The notes under the pieces were generated by a model, which saw only the letters and a list, made by a program, of their open reading frames with translations, did no database searches and was not told where the DNA came from. A stretch of 60,114 bases of DNA from Bacillota bacterium (GTDB lineage: Bacteria; Bacillota; Limnochordia; DTU087). Position numbers and translations under genes: made by a program. The stretch covers positions 1 through 60,114 of the forward strand of contig JAAYRF010000008.1 of NCBI GenBank assembly GCA_012518905.1. Direction: 5' to 3'. Positions 37,980-46,845 of this stretch are shown piece after piece. Position 1 is the stretch's first letter. Each line of letters begins with the position of its first letter.

Positions 37980-39482
37980 CTAACCTTCCGAATCTCGTAG
38001 AATAAAAAGAGCCACGTTTTTCCCAGACTGCATGGCTCCGGCCATACTGCCGGAGTGCACATACCAATGTCCGCATTGATAGAGCCGAGGTAAAGCCGTG
38101 GTCTCTCGCTTGATATGGGAAAACGTCTCCGGTGTAGGCAGCCAACCCCTCTTGGCGCCTTTCCAGTTTCCCGTATAACGGCGGTACGTAATGGGCGTCG
38201 CGACAGTGGCCATGGTAATCCGATCCCGTAGCCCTGGCAGCACCCGCTCGGCAGAAGTTAGGAGAGCCGCCGCCACATCCTCCTTCAAAGCAGTATACTC
38301 TGGGCCCCTCATCTCGCTAATGGTCTGCCAGCGTTGCCGATACTCAAAGGAAACCTGGGCTCCTACTGCGATGCTCCTGTATCCCGTAGGGGCATGCAGA
38401 TTGTCGGCGAGACTATGGTCCACAATACTGATCAACCACTGAGTAGGGTCCTCGCTGTCCATGGCATCGATAAGAGCCGGGCAATAGGTTATATGATGAT
38501 GCCAAGCCGCTAGTTTAGTCACACTATCATCGACACCCAAGGAAATCTGAAAATACGAAGGCCAGGGTTCCAGCGCACTGAGATCTTCCAAAACGTATTC
38601 CGGCACTGCCCCTTCAGGTACCAACTGGCCATAGAGCCTCATGGCGTCACAAGCAGCAACAACAAAGTCACTGCGGATCTCCTCACCATCTACCAACTTG
38701 ACTCCGATGGCGGAGTCACCCTCTACCAGAATCCCGACTACCTCGGCACCACAGCGGACCTCTCCGCCGTGTTCTTCCACTGCCTGCCGCAATGCATCAA
38801 CCAGACCTTGGCCACCGCCAACGGGATAATACAAATGCCGCTCCCTTACCCACCCAATTGTAGTAAGGAGCAACAGTGCTGATGCTTCGCCTACAGGACA
38901 TAGGGAATAGAAGAAAGTGCGCAGCTGAGGATCCTTAAACTCCTGGACCAATAGGTCCTGAATACTCAGACCTGCATATTTACCCAGGAGCTTGGTGTTG
39001 CGTAAACCCGCCAGCCCAATTTTCAGTTTTTCCCATCGGGTGAGCATTTCCTGAGGCTTCTTAGGCGTAGAAGGCAGTCGCCGGAAGAGCTTGATGGCAT
39101 CTGCCACCAACCTTTCAATAGCCTCTCTATCATTGGGAAAAAGTTCGCACAGCTTTTCCGTCCACTCGGCCACATCAGAGGACAAGAGAATATCAAAACC
39201 AGGCCCCATCTGGCGGCTAAAGGGATCAAGCTGTCTGAAGCTTAAGTTCAACCCAAGCTCTTCTCGACAGGTGCTGATAGAACCACTACTGTGACACCCT
39301 ATGAGCCACTGCAATGCCGGCTCAAACAGATATTCTCGCCGGGAAAACGCTGCTGCCAATCCTCCCGGTCGATGTTGCTGCTCCAAGACGCAGACGCTCA
39401 TCCCCGCCCGAGCCAGGTAGGCAGCTGCCGTCAAGCCGGCGATACCACCACCAATAACTACTACATCTACATCCTTCGCCAT
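37980..39482 (-). CDS. NAD(P)/FAD-dependent oxidoreductase, phytoene-desaturase (CrtI) family
   Basis: Rossmann motif VVVIGGGIAGLTAAAYLARAG at the N-terminus, counted from the ATG at 39482 (AAAGGTG SD). Confidence 0.85.
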   Translation of the reverse strand: MAKDVDVVVIGGGIAGLTAAAYLARAGMSVCVLEQQHRPGGLAAAFSRREYLFEPALQWLIGCHSSGSISTCREELGLNLSFRQLDPFSRQMGPGFDILLSSDVAEWTEKLCELFPNDREAIERLVADAIKLFRRLPSTPKKPQEMLTRWEKLKIGLAGLRNTKLLGKYAGLSIQDLLVQEFKDPQLRTFFYSLCPVGEASALLLLTTIGWVRERHLYYPVGGGQGLVDALRQAVEEHGGEVRCGAEVVGILVEGDSAIGVKLVDGEEIRSDFVVAACDAMRLYGQLVPEGAVPEYVLEDLSALEPWPSYFQISLGVDDSVTKLAAWHHHITYCPALIDAMDSEDPTQWLISIVDHSLADNLHAPTGYRSIAVGAQVSFEYRQRWQTISEMRGPEYTALKEDVAAALLTSAERVLPGLRDRITMATVATPITYRRYTGNWKGAKRGWLPTPETFSHIKRETTALPRLYQCGHWYVHSGSMAGAMQSGKNVALFILRDSEG

Positions 39483-39672
39483 TTCGACGCACCTTTTCTC
39501 TCTGTACCCTCTGTAGTTGGTCCAGATCACTTAGAACCGTGGTTTCGTACATGCCTTTCGCAGCCGCAGCCAAACGAGATATGTGAAGACAGGGCCACGA
39601 TCCTACTCTGCCACTCAATAAGCACTCAAGGGACAGCAGCAGTGATGAGCCCTGCCTTCGCTCGGCGGCCAG

Positions 39673-40653
39673 TTAGTTATCTAGCTTAACAGGCTTTCCT
39701 GTCTTGGCTGATTCATAGGCGGCCAAAGCCACCTCCAGGGCCTTTATGCCATCTTGAGCCGTTATAGTCGGCTGACGATCTTCCTGAATACAAGCCACAA
39801 ACTCCTTGACCAGCCCGTAATCACTGTTGGATCCCCAAAACTCCCACTGATAGTTGGGATCCTGCGACCCGATCCGTTCAAGGCTCTGGCGCATCATGTC
39901 CACTTCTGTTACCATGTTTGTCCCTACGACCTTCAGATAGAGATCTCCCCAGGTATAGAAATCATCGGGGCGGGACCAACTAGGATCCAAAGTCATAAAG
40001 GCGCCATTGGTCAACTCTAAAGTGAGTAGGCCACAGTCATCGGTGGGAATGTCATGAAAGCGGCGATCAATCTCAGCATACACTTCCTTGATCTCCGTCT
40101 GGAAAATCCACCGCACCAAATCCACCAGATGAACTGTATGATCAACAACAGCTCCACCACCGGCTGCCTCGGGGTCAATAAAGAACCCGCCAGGCATCTT
40201 CCCATGGTTAGTGCCCCTCAAAAGGACCACCCTACCTAATAGACCATCATCGTATTGAGCTTTCAGGCGCTGTACCGCAGGAACATACCGGCACGGAAAG
40301 GCCATCTGAAACTTGACTCCGGCCTCCCTAGTAACCTTTTCCATGGCCAGACCATCCTCAAGGGTGGTGGCGATTGGTTTTTCGCAAAGTATGTGTTTGC
40401 CGGCGGCAGCGGCCATCTCCGTAAGCCTGCGGTGATCAGCATTAGCAGCAGTAATAATGACACCATCGATATCTGCTTTAAGCAGCTCCTCGAAGGAATT
40501 AAAATACCTGGTGCCAAGTTGACTGGCAACAGCCTTCCCCCGTTCTGCATCCTCATCGGCTATGCCAGCAAATTCGACACCAGCCAACTGGTTGAGTACA
40601 TCAGCATAGGCATAAGCATGCAAATGGGCAAAACTCATAATACCGATTCTCAT
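39673..40653 (-). CDS. Gfo/Idh/MocA family oxidoreductase
   Basis: N-terminal Rossmann fold, an EKP motif (ILCEKPIA) and a C-terminal GFO_IDH_MocA_C-like domain. Confidence 0.88.
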   Translation of the reverse strand: MRIGIMSFAHLHAYAYADVLNQLAGVEFAGIADEDAERGKAVASQLGTRYFNSFEELLKADIDGVIITAANADHRRLTEMAAAAGKHILCEKPIATTLEDGLAMEKVTREAGVKFQMAFPCRYVPAVQRLKAQYDDGLLGRVVLLRGTNHGKMPGGFFIDPEAAGGGAVVDHTVHLVDLVRWIFQTEIKEVYAEIDRRFHDIPTDDCGLLTLELTNGAFMTLDPSWSRPDDFYTWGDLYLKVVGTNMVTEVDMMRQSLERIGSQDPNYQWEFWGSNSDYGLVKEFVACIQEDRQPTITAQDGIKALEVALAAYESAKTGKPVKLDN

Positions 40654-40658
40654 CGCCC

Positions 40659-41660
40659 TTACCCCCTTTCCAGCCTTACCGGTTTCCCAGTTTTTATAGA
40701 CTCTTGAGCAGCCACAGCGATTTCAACGGCTCGCAGGGCCTCTTCTCCGTTGATCATCGGCTCTTTACCTTCCCGGGCGCACTCTATGAAATGCTTTAGC
40801 TCCAGAGTATATGGATCTATCGCCATTGGGCTCTCCGGCACCGCTACACCTGGCTTTCCGGTATGGGCAGCACTCTGTAATTGATAGCTCTTAAGAGCAG
40901 AAGACCAATGGGAATCATGGGTCAACAGCCCCTCATCACAAGCGAACTCGAACTTCGTCCCAAAGGTGCCTAGATCCAGCCAGGTTCCTTCGACGTTGCC
41001 AATGACTCCATTGGCAAATCGCAGGCTGACCAAAACATGCTCCATTCTATTATTCTCCCGGCCCCATGTGCTCTTGGCGAAAACCCGCTCCACTTCGCCT
41101 AGGGTCCACCGGAGAAAATCAAAGTCATGAATGATAAGATCCAGGGTGAGACCACCGCTCCACTCATATCTGGCATACCAATCTTGCCAAGCAGTGGGGA
41201 ATCCACCCCCGCCTCGATAGGTGTACACTGTACCAACATTGCCCATCTGGCCGCTTTCTATAACGGCCTTCGCCCGCTGATATTCGGGGAAAAACCGTAC
41301 CACGTGACCTACACCCAATATGACCCCGGCCTTTCGACAAGCATCAACCATCGCTTGTCCTTCAGCCCTGCTGCGGGCCAATGGCTTTTCGCAGAAGACA
41401 TGCTTACCAGCCTCTGCTGCTATCTCCACATGCTCCCGGTGGAGAAAGGTTGGGACGCATACATCGATCACGTCCAATGCTTCGGCAGATAACATGTCTC
41501 GAAGGGTCGCGTAGCTCCTTACATCATGCTGTTCTTCCGCTAGTGCGCGTCGCTCCGGTCGAATATCGGCTATGGCCACCAGTTCACAATCGGCGATTCT
41601 CTGGTAACTCGCCGCATGGGTTGTGCCCATGGTACCAAATCCGACGATTCCAACCCTCAT
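40659..41660 (-). CDS. Gfo/Idh/MocA family oxidoreductase
   Basis: MRVGIVGFGTMGTTHA Rossmann motif and an EKP motif (VFCEKPLA). GGAGGTGAGGG SD. Confidence 0.88.
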   Translation of the reverse strand: MRVGIVGFGTMGTTHAASYQRIADCELVAIADIRPERRALAEEQHDVRSYATLRDMLSAEALDVIDVCVPTFLHREHVEIAAEAGKHVFCEKPLARSRAEGQAMVDACRKAGVILGVGHVVRFFPEYQRAKAVIESGQMGNVGTVYTYRGGGGFPTAWQDWYARYEWSGGLTLDLIIHDFDFLRWTLGEVERVFAKSTWGRENNRMEHVLVSLRFANGVIGNVEGTWLDLGTFGTKFEFACDEGLLTHDSHWSSALKSYQLQSAAHTGKPGVAVPESPMAIDPYTLELKHFIECAREGKEPMINGEEALRAVEIAVAAQESIKTGKPVRLERG

Positions 41661-41810
41661 TCACCCTCACCTCCATAATAAACTACCTAATCTCCTTATT
41701 CTGGAATGGACATTTGTTTCCTTCTGCCAATTGGGTTTTTGCCAGGCACCAAGCTACATCTAGGCGCCCATGATGCCATGCCCAGCATCCAGAAGGACAA
41801 TCAGATCTAA

Positions 41811-41842
41811 ACTGCCGCTGTTTATCTTCCCCCAGCGGCAGT
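41811..41842 (-). terminator. terminator-like hairpin after rnhA (10-bp stem ACTGCCGCTG/CAGCGGCAGT)
   Basis: A perfect 10-bp stem with a 12-nt loop. The T-tract is weak (TTAGATCTGATT). Confidence 0.4.
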
Positions 41843-41889
41843 GGCCTATTGTATGGCAATTAGTCATGGCACAAGTCTCCAAACCAAGG

Positions 41890-42354
41890 CTATTCGTCAG
41901 CGCTTCTTTCAGGGCTGCTCTTCCTAATGGCTTCCTTAGCCAGATAGTCACAGCGGTTGTTAAGCTCGTTATCGGAATGACCGGGTACTTTGATCCATCG
42001 GACTTGGTGACGATTAGCTAGAGCAATGAGGCGCTTCCAAAGATCCTGGTTTTCCACGGGCTTCTTCTTAGCATTCAGCCACCCATTTCTCTGCCAATTC
42101 TCTATCCATTTCCGCTGGAAAGCATTGACAAGATAAGCGCTATCACTGTAAAGCTCCACAGAGCAAGGCCGGGTTAAGGCCTCTAACCCCTTGATAGCTG
42201 CCAAGAGCTCCATGCGCTGATTGGTGGATTCTCCTTCATACCCAGCCAACTCCCTCCGGTGGGGCCCATAGATCAGGATGGCTCCCCACCCACCGGGTCC
42301 AGGGTTGCCGGAGCAAGCCCCATCGGTATAGATTTTCACCTCAGCTAGACTCAC
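41890..42354 (-). CDS. rnhA: ribonuclease HI
   Basis: VKIYTDGACSGNPGPGGWG plus downstream ELLA...D motifs. The GTG at 42354 gives a 154-aa protein that aligns in length with E. coli RNase HI. The ORF-track start is 42390. Confidence 0.9.
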   Translation of the reverse strand: MSLAEVKIYTDGACSGNPGPGGWGAILIYGPHRRELAGYEGESTNQRMELLAAIKGLEALTRPCSVELYSDSAYLVNAFQRKWIENWQRNGWLNAKKKPVENQDLWKRLIALANRHQVRWIKVPGHSDNELNNRCDYLAKEAIRKSSPERSADE

Positions 42355-42407
42355 CGTTAATATCCCTTTCCCTTCTGACTTCGCCGCCAAACAGTATCCG
42401 CTGACGG

Positions 42408-42433
42408 CAAAGGGGCTGCTAAAACCAGCTCCC
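42408..42433 (-). terminator. weak terminator-like hairpin after the ThuA gene
   Basis: The minus strand reads GGG(A)GCTG-gttttag-CAGCCCC followed by TTTG. Confidence 0.3.
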
Positions 42434-42488
42434 TGCCACAGGCAAATCTTTAACCTCTCGGGGAACCTTTGCGTCTAGATCCTCCCCA

Positions 42489-43208
42489 CTAGATATTCTC
42501 CAAAGGAGCCGGATGATGCCCAAAGGTCGGTACAGGCCCCTGGCTAGGTGCTGCCCACCGAACAGCGTTGGTGATCACTCGTTGGACATCCTGATTGTAG
42601 AATATAGGATATGTCTCATGTCCCGGGCGGAAATAGAAAATCTTGCCCCTGCCTCGGCAATAGCAACAACCACTGCGGAAGACTTCCCCTCCTGCAAACC
42701 AACTGATAAACACTAAGGTGTCCGGTGCTGGGATATCGAAGCGCTCGCCGTACATTTCAGTCTTTGGCAACTCGATATATTCGCCGATGCCTGCCACAAT
42801 GGGGTGCCCCGGCTCCACAACCCAGAGCCGCTCCTTTTCACCAATTTCTCTCCACTTCAGATCACAGGTAGTGCCCATGAGGCGCCGAAATATCTTGGAA
42901 AAATGGGCAGAATGCAACACTATCAAGCCCATACCGTCTAGAACTCGCTGTTCCACCTTATCCACCACGGCGTCACTGACTTCATGGTGGGCCGTATGAC
43001 CCCACCATGTGAGAACATCGGTATTGTCCAATACCTCATCGGTAAGGCCATGCTCTGGCTCATCCAAAGTTGCCGTTTTAGTATCCATCCCCTCGCTCTT
43101 CAGAAAACTGGCGATGGCCCCGTGGATACCTTCGGGATATACCTCTCTTACCTTTGCACTTTTTTTCTCGTGGCGATTTTCATTCCATATCGTCACACGA
43201 ATTGCCAT
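42489..43208 (-). CDS. ThuA domain-containing protein (trehalose-utilisation-like)
   Basis: [14 protein letters not shown]... and [13 protein letters not shown] are typical of ThuA. The ATG at 43208 is preceded by a GAGAGGCGG SD. The ORF-track start is 43292. Confidence 0.85.
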   Translation of the reverse strand: MAIRVTIWNENRHEKKSAKVREVYPEGIHGAIASFLKSEGMDTKTATLDEPEHGLTDEVLDNTDVLTWWGHTAHHEVSDAVVDKVEQRVLDGMGLIVLHSAHFSKIFRRLMGTTCDLKWREIGEKERLWVVEPGHPIVAGIGEYIELPKTEMYGERFDIPAPDTLVFISWFAGGEVFRSGCCYCRGRGKIFYFRPGHETYPIFYNQDVQRVITNAVRWAAPSQGPVPTFGHHPAPLENI

Positions 43209-43410
43209 ACTACCGCCTCTCTTTCCGAGGATTTGGCCCTTGGCCGGATCTTGCGTTTTACAGTGCTTTCTATGAGAGGAATACATTCTCATGTTAGAAT
43301 TCCAGTTTCAGGAGCCCGATTCCTGCTTGCAGCCAGGCCCTGAGTCACCGATTCAAGGTCGATAACTTCTCGGTTTTTCAATGCCAACAAAGGAATTAAT
43401 TGCCAGAGCA

Positions 43411-43430
43411 ACGAACGAGAACGAACGAGA
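43411..43430. repeat. perfect tandem direct repeat ACGAACGAGA x2
   Basis: Read directly in the 350-nt divergent intergenic region between the ThuA and LbH genes. Confidence 0.9.
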
Positions 43431-43557
43431 TAGATCTGTATCAAAACATGGCAGCGGCGTTAGGACCTACCAGTAGCGTCATGCATGGGCATATTCCTAA
43501 TGGTAGTAACGTATGCTGCTTGGAGAACGGTTTTCACCATCTGGCGGAGGTAGCAAC

Positions 43558-44247
43558 ATGCTGCAAGCGGAAGATTATTTCCAGTGGCAGTCCACTACTT
43601 TGGCAGCGCTATTTGTGGGGCTAAACTTTGTATGGGAGGCGCTTGCCCAGATAGAGCCTTGGCTGGAAGAAGAGCTCAAGCGCCTATCTCCCAACGAGCG
43701 AAGCCAAGGCATTATTCAGCCCGGTGCCTTTGTCAACGATAGTGTGATCCTAGGGCCCTATTCTGTGGTGGAGACCGGTGCCTATGTAAAGGGGCCGGCA
43801 TATATTGGGAGTTTCAGCCACATTCGCCATGGTGCATACCTGCGGGAAGGCGCCATAATCGGTGAACATTGCGTTGTAGGCCATGCTTCCGAGGTAAAGA
43901 ACAGCATTCTCCTGGATAAGAGCGCTGCTCCCCATTTTAACTATGTGGGCGATTCCATTCTAGGCAGGCACTGTAATCTCGGAGCGGGGGTCAAGTTATC
44001 CAATCTGAAGCACACCAAGGCTGAAGTCATCGTCAAGGCCCACGGATTGGATTACCCCACAGGTCTTATCAAGCTGGGCGCCATTTTGGGAGACGATGTA
44101 GCCTTAGGCTGCAATACAGTCTGTAATCCCGGCACACTGGTGGGACCTGGTACGCTGGTTTATCCCAATGCATCACTCCGGGGAATATATCCGGCCAATT
44201 CCATTATCAAGGTAGTGGGAAACACCGAGGTCCATCCCCGAAGCTAA
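43558..44247 (+). CDS. left-handed beta-helix (hexapeptide repeat) protein, sugar-nucleotidyltransferase C-terminal-domain-like
   Basis: Hexapeptide repeats run throughout (VILGPYSVV, AYIGSFSHI, AIIGEHCVV, SILGRHCNLGAGV...). The ATG at 43558 has GGAGG 7 nt upstream. No nucleotidyltransferase N-domain is present. Confidence 0.75.
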   Translation: MLQAEDYFQWQSTTLAALFVGLNFVWEALAQIEPWLEEELKRLSPNERSQGIIQPGAFVNDSVILGPYSVVETGAYVKGPAYIGSFSHIRHGAYLREGAIIGEHCVVGHASEVKNSILLDKSAAPHFNYVGDSILGRHCNLGAGVKLSNLKHTKAEVIVKAHGLDYPTGLIKLGAILGDDVALGCNTVCNPGTLVGPGTLVYPNASLRGIYPANSIIKVVGNTEVHPRS

Positions 44248-44304
44248 GGCAAGAACTAGATCTAATCGCCCGCGTAGTGGCGGAGGGAAAGGATGTGAGA
44301 AACT

Positions 44305-44769
44305 GTGGATAGGGATAAACGGTTAGGTACGATTCTAATAGGTGTCGGAATCTTGGCCCTCTTAGGGCGAGCCGGGTTGTTAGAAGGCGCCGGTACGCTT
44401 TTTGTTTTAAGTGCTGTGGCACTGGCCATCTATGCATTTTCCGGCGGGCACCGCAAATACAGCAACATAGCCTCATTGATACCTGGTCTGGTGCTTGTGG
44501 CCATAGGTATCTCCATATACTTAGAGCAAAGATTCAACATTTCCGATGGGGCGATTCTTTTCTGGCTGTCGGCAGCTTTTTTCGGCATCTACTTGATCCA
44601 TACCCGCATCGCCGGTAGCGATTGGGGCAGTAGATACTGGCCCCTGTTTCCCGGATGTGGATTGCTCATCATTGGTTTTCTGGATAACCCGGACATCCTG
44701 GGCAACTATACTTACCTGTTGGCCGTAGGGTTGATCCTCGGCGGTCTCTACTTAATCAGAAAACCATGA
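44305..44769 (+). CDS. integral membrane protein (about five TM segments), family not recognised
   Basis: GTG start after a GGAGGGAAAGG SD. It is hydrophobic throughout. Confidence 0.65.
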   Translation: MDRDKRLGTILIGVGILALLGRAGLLEGAGTLFVLSAVALAIYAFSGGHRKYSNIASLIPGLVLVAIGISIYLEQRFNISDGAILFWLSAAFFGIYLIHTRIAGSDWGSRYWPLFPGCGLLIIGFLDNPDILGNYTYLLAVGLILGGLYLIRKP

Positions 44770-44798
44770 CTGACAAGCAAAGGTCAAAGACATGAAGC

Positions 44799-44839
44799 GG
44801 CCTCTTAGAGGAACACCATCGACTTTCCTAAAAGAGGCC
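44799..44839. terminator. bidirectional terminator-like hairpin between convergent genes
   Basis: GGCCTCTTAGAGGAA / TTCCTAAAAGAGGCC, 15-nt arms with 2 mismatches. Confidence 0.45.
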
Positions 44840-44875
44840 CTAGCTGTTGATGTCAATCCCGTCTACCTTGGCAAT

Positions 44876-45256
44876 CTAGGCCGTGGTAAAAGTCAGGCAG
44901 TTAGTATCCTGACACTCTTTGGCGTCATTACCACTGACAAAGATCTCCTTTGCTTCACACCGATCACCATCTACCCAGTAGCCACAAGATTCTACAACAC
45001 AGGTTACAGTTGGCGAGATATCGCGGTCAGGCAAGAATGCCGCCTCAATAGCCCCCCACCAGTTGACATTGTCTGCTGAACCTACTAGATTAGCCAAACC
45101 CCGCCGTTCTGAGAAGGTTTTGCACTCAGTATGCTCTGCAGACTCTGCCAAAACCTCTTCTTCATTGAGGATATCGATATTGGCTGCGCCACAGAGTTTC
45201 CCCGGCAGCCAGTGAGTACACGTTTCTACTTCACAGATGACCTTCGGATCAGCCAT
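44876..45256 (-). CDS. DUF1540 domain-containing protein (two Cys-rich repeats)
   Basis: The repeats are VICEVETCTHWLPGKLCGAANI and VTCVVESCGYWVDGDRCEAKEI. AAAGGAG SD. Confidence 0.8.
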   Translation of the reverse strand: MADPKVICEVETCTHWLPGKLCGAANIDILNEEEVLAESAEHTECKTFSERRGLANLVGSADNVNWWGAIEAAFLPDRDISPTVTCVVESCGYWVDGDRCEAKEIFVSGNDAKECQDTNCLTFTTA

Positions 45257-45467
45257 GAGCTCACACTCCTTTCACCCTTGAGTATCACCGGAAATCAGGA
45301 ACCGTATGTAACGAAGAAACAGCAGCAAAAAGCCATAGGCAAAGGGTATGTAATCTAGCTGACTGCAAAGGTGCAAACAACCATGCAATACTAATATCTA
45401 CCAGATGTGTGGCCGGACAGACTGAAGTAGGGCAGACATTGGCGCCTTTCGTACTTAATGGGGAGGT

Positions 45468-46328
45468 ATGACTGTGCTGAAACGTGAATACGGGAAAACA
45501 GGTGAAATGCTGTCTATCATTGGTTTCGGCGGTATCGTAGTGGCCCGCATGGATCAGACCGCTGCCAACAATCTCGTAGCTCAAGCCATTGATCGAGGGG
45601 TCAACTATTTCGATGTAGCGCCCACCTATGATGATGCCGAAGACCGCTTGGGGCCTGCCCTCGTAGGCAAGAGAGACGAGGTATTCTTAGCCTGCAAGAC
45701 AACCATGCGTACTCGCAAAGAGGCTGAAAGGGAGCTGCATCAATCTCTCCGCAAGCTCAAGACCGACCGTTTCGATTTGTATCAGCTCCATGCCATGAAT
45801 ACTAAAGCCGATATCGAGACAGCCATGGGACCTGGCGGAGTTTTAGAAGCCGTATTGGCTGCTAAGGACGAGGGACTAATCCGCTATGTTGGCTTTTCCT
45901 CTCACACAGTAGAGGCTGCTATGACCCTAATGGATTCATATCACTTTGATAGTGTCCTCTTTCCCTTCAACTGGGCCGGGTTCTTCAATGCCGATTTCGG
46001 ACCCCAGGTTTTGGAGAAGGCTACGGAAAAGGGCATGGCCAAGCTAGCCTTAAAGGCCATGGCTCATACTTTATGGGAAGAAGGCGAGGAGAGAGCCTAC
46101 GCCAAGACATGGTACAAACCCATTGAGGATCGGAGGTTAGCCAGCCTCGCCCTGCGCTTTACACTATCGCAAAGCATCACAGCAGCCATTCCACCGGGAG
46201 AACCACAGTTTTTCCAAATGGCCCTGGATATAGTGGAAAACTATGAGCCCATTGCCGAAGATGAAATCCAGGAATTGCGGGAATTGGCTGAAGGTGTCAC
46301 CCCTGTGTTCAGTGAACATTCTGCTTGA
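45468..46328 (+). CDS. aldo/keto reductase
   Basis: YGKTGEMLSIIGFGG... NYFDVAPTYDDAE... are typical AKR motifs. The GTG at 45474 (7 nt after GGAGG) may be the true start. Confidence 0.88.
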   Translation: MTVLKREYGKTGEMLSIIGFGGIVVARMDQTAANNLVAQAIDRGVNYFDVAPTYDDAEDRLGPALVGKRDEVFLACKTTMRTRKEAERELHQSLRKLKTDRFDLYQLHAMNTKADIETAMGPGGVLEAVLAAKDEGLIRYVGFSSHTVEAAMTLMDSYHFDSVLFPFNWAGFFNADFGPQVLEKATEKGMAKLALKAMAHTLWEEGEERAYAKTWYKPIEDRRLASLALRFTLSQSITAAIPPGEPQFFQMALDIVENYEPIAEDEIQELRELAEGVTPVFSEHSA

Positions 46329-46354
46329 TTTGCCACTCCCCCCCATTCCCCACA

Positions 46355-46392
46355 AAGGTAAAGGCAGGTCCCATTGGACCTGCCTTTACCTT
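46355..46392. terminator. bidirectional terminator, perfect 17-bp stem
   Basis: AAGGTAAAGGCAGGTCC-catt-GGACCTGCCTTTACCTT, between the convergent AKR and thioesterase genes. It is followed by a pyrimidine-rich run (ATCTTCTCTGC) on the plus strand but has no T-run on either strand. Confidence 0.8.
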
Positions 46393-46422
46393 ATCTTCTC
46401 TGCTTAGTCTTTTCCTTTCCGC

Positions 46423-46845
46423 CTACCGGGCTCGAAAGAAAATGCCCTTAGCTTCAGCCAAAATCCTACCCTCTTCGTCCCGGATCTGTCCCTGTGCAGT
46501 AAAGGTGCTGCCCCGTTCCTCCTCCACCCATCCCTTAACTGATAACGGAGACCCTATCAAGGCAGGCCGCCGGAAGCGTACCTCAATTTTCCCTGTTACA
46601 GCCGTAACCCCGCGAGCCGCAATGGCCTGCACCATGACTTCATCAAGGAGGGTGGAAAGTAGACCTCCATGCAGCACCCCATCATATCCCTGATATGTCT
46701 TTGACGGTGCAAAGTCTCCATATGCCGCTTTGCCATCGGTGAAAAACTCAATTTGTAGACCTAAGGGATTATCTTGACCGCAGACAAGACAACCCCTTGA
46801 AGGCGGTAATCTTCGCATATTCCTTAGGTCGCCTTTTTGATTCAT
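46423..46845 (-). CDS. PaaI-family hotdog-fold thioesterase
   Basis: 140 aa with [12 protein letters not shown] and [19 protein letters not shown] motifs. Its ATG overlaps the trpB stop (ATGA). Confidence 0.8.
   Translation of the reverse strand: MNQKGDLRNMRRLPPSRGCLVCGQDNPLGLQIEFFTDGKAAYGDFAPSKTYQGYDGVLHGGLLSTLLDEVMVQAIAARGVTAVTGKIEVRFRRPALIGSPLSVKGWVEEERGSTFTAQGQIRDEEGRILAEAKGIFFRAR

Noticed and set aside
41724-41750. TGGCA...TTGGCA spacing and a CCAATTGG palindrome upstream of the Gfo/Idh/MocA operon, considered as a sigma-54 promoter.
   Set aside because: It does not fit TGGCAC-N5-TTGCW. The -12 element has an extra G and the spacing is wrong. The palindrome alone is only 8 bp.
43400-43624. 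74-aa plus-strand ORF in the ThuA / LbH intergenic region.
   Set aside because: It has no SD and runs into the LbH gene in another frame. Its sequence is Cys/His/Gly-rich without a recognisable motif pattern.
46325-46693. 122-aa plus-strand ORF starting at the AKR stop.
   Set aside because: It reads straight through the 17-bp bidirectional terminator and is antisense to the thioesterase. Its translation is low-complexity.
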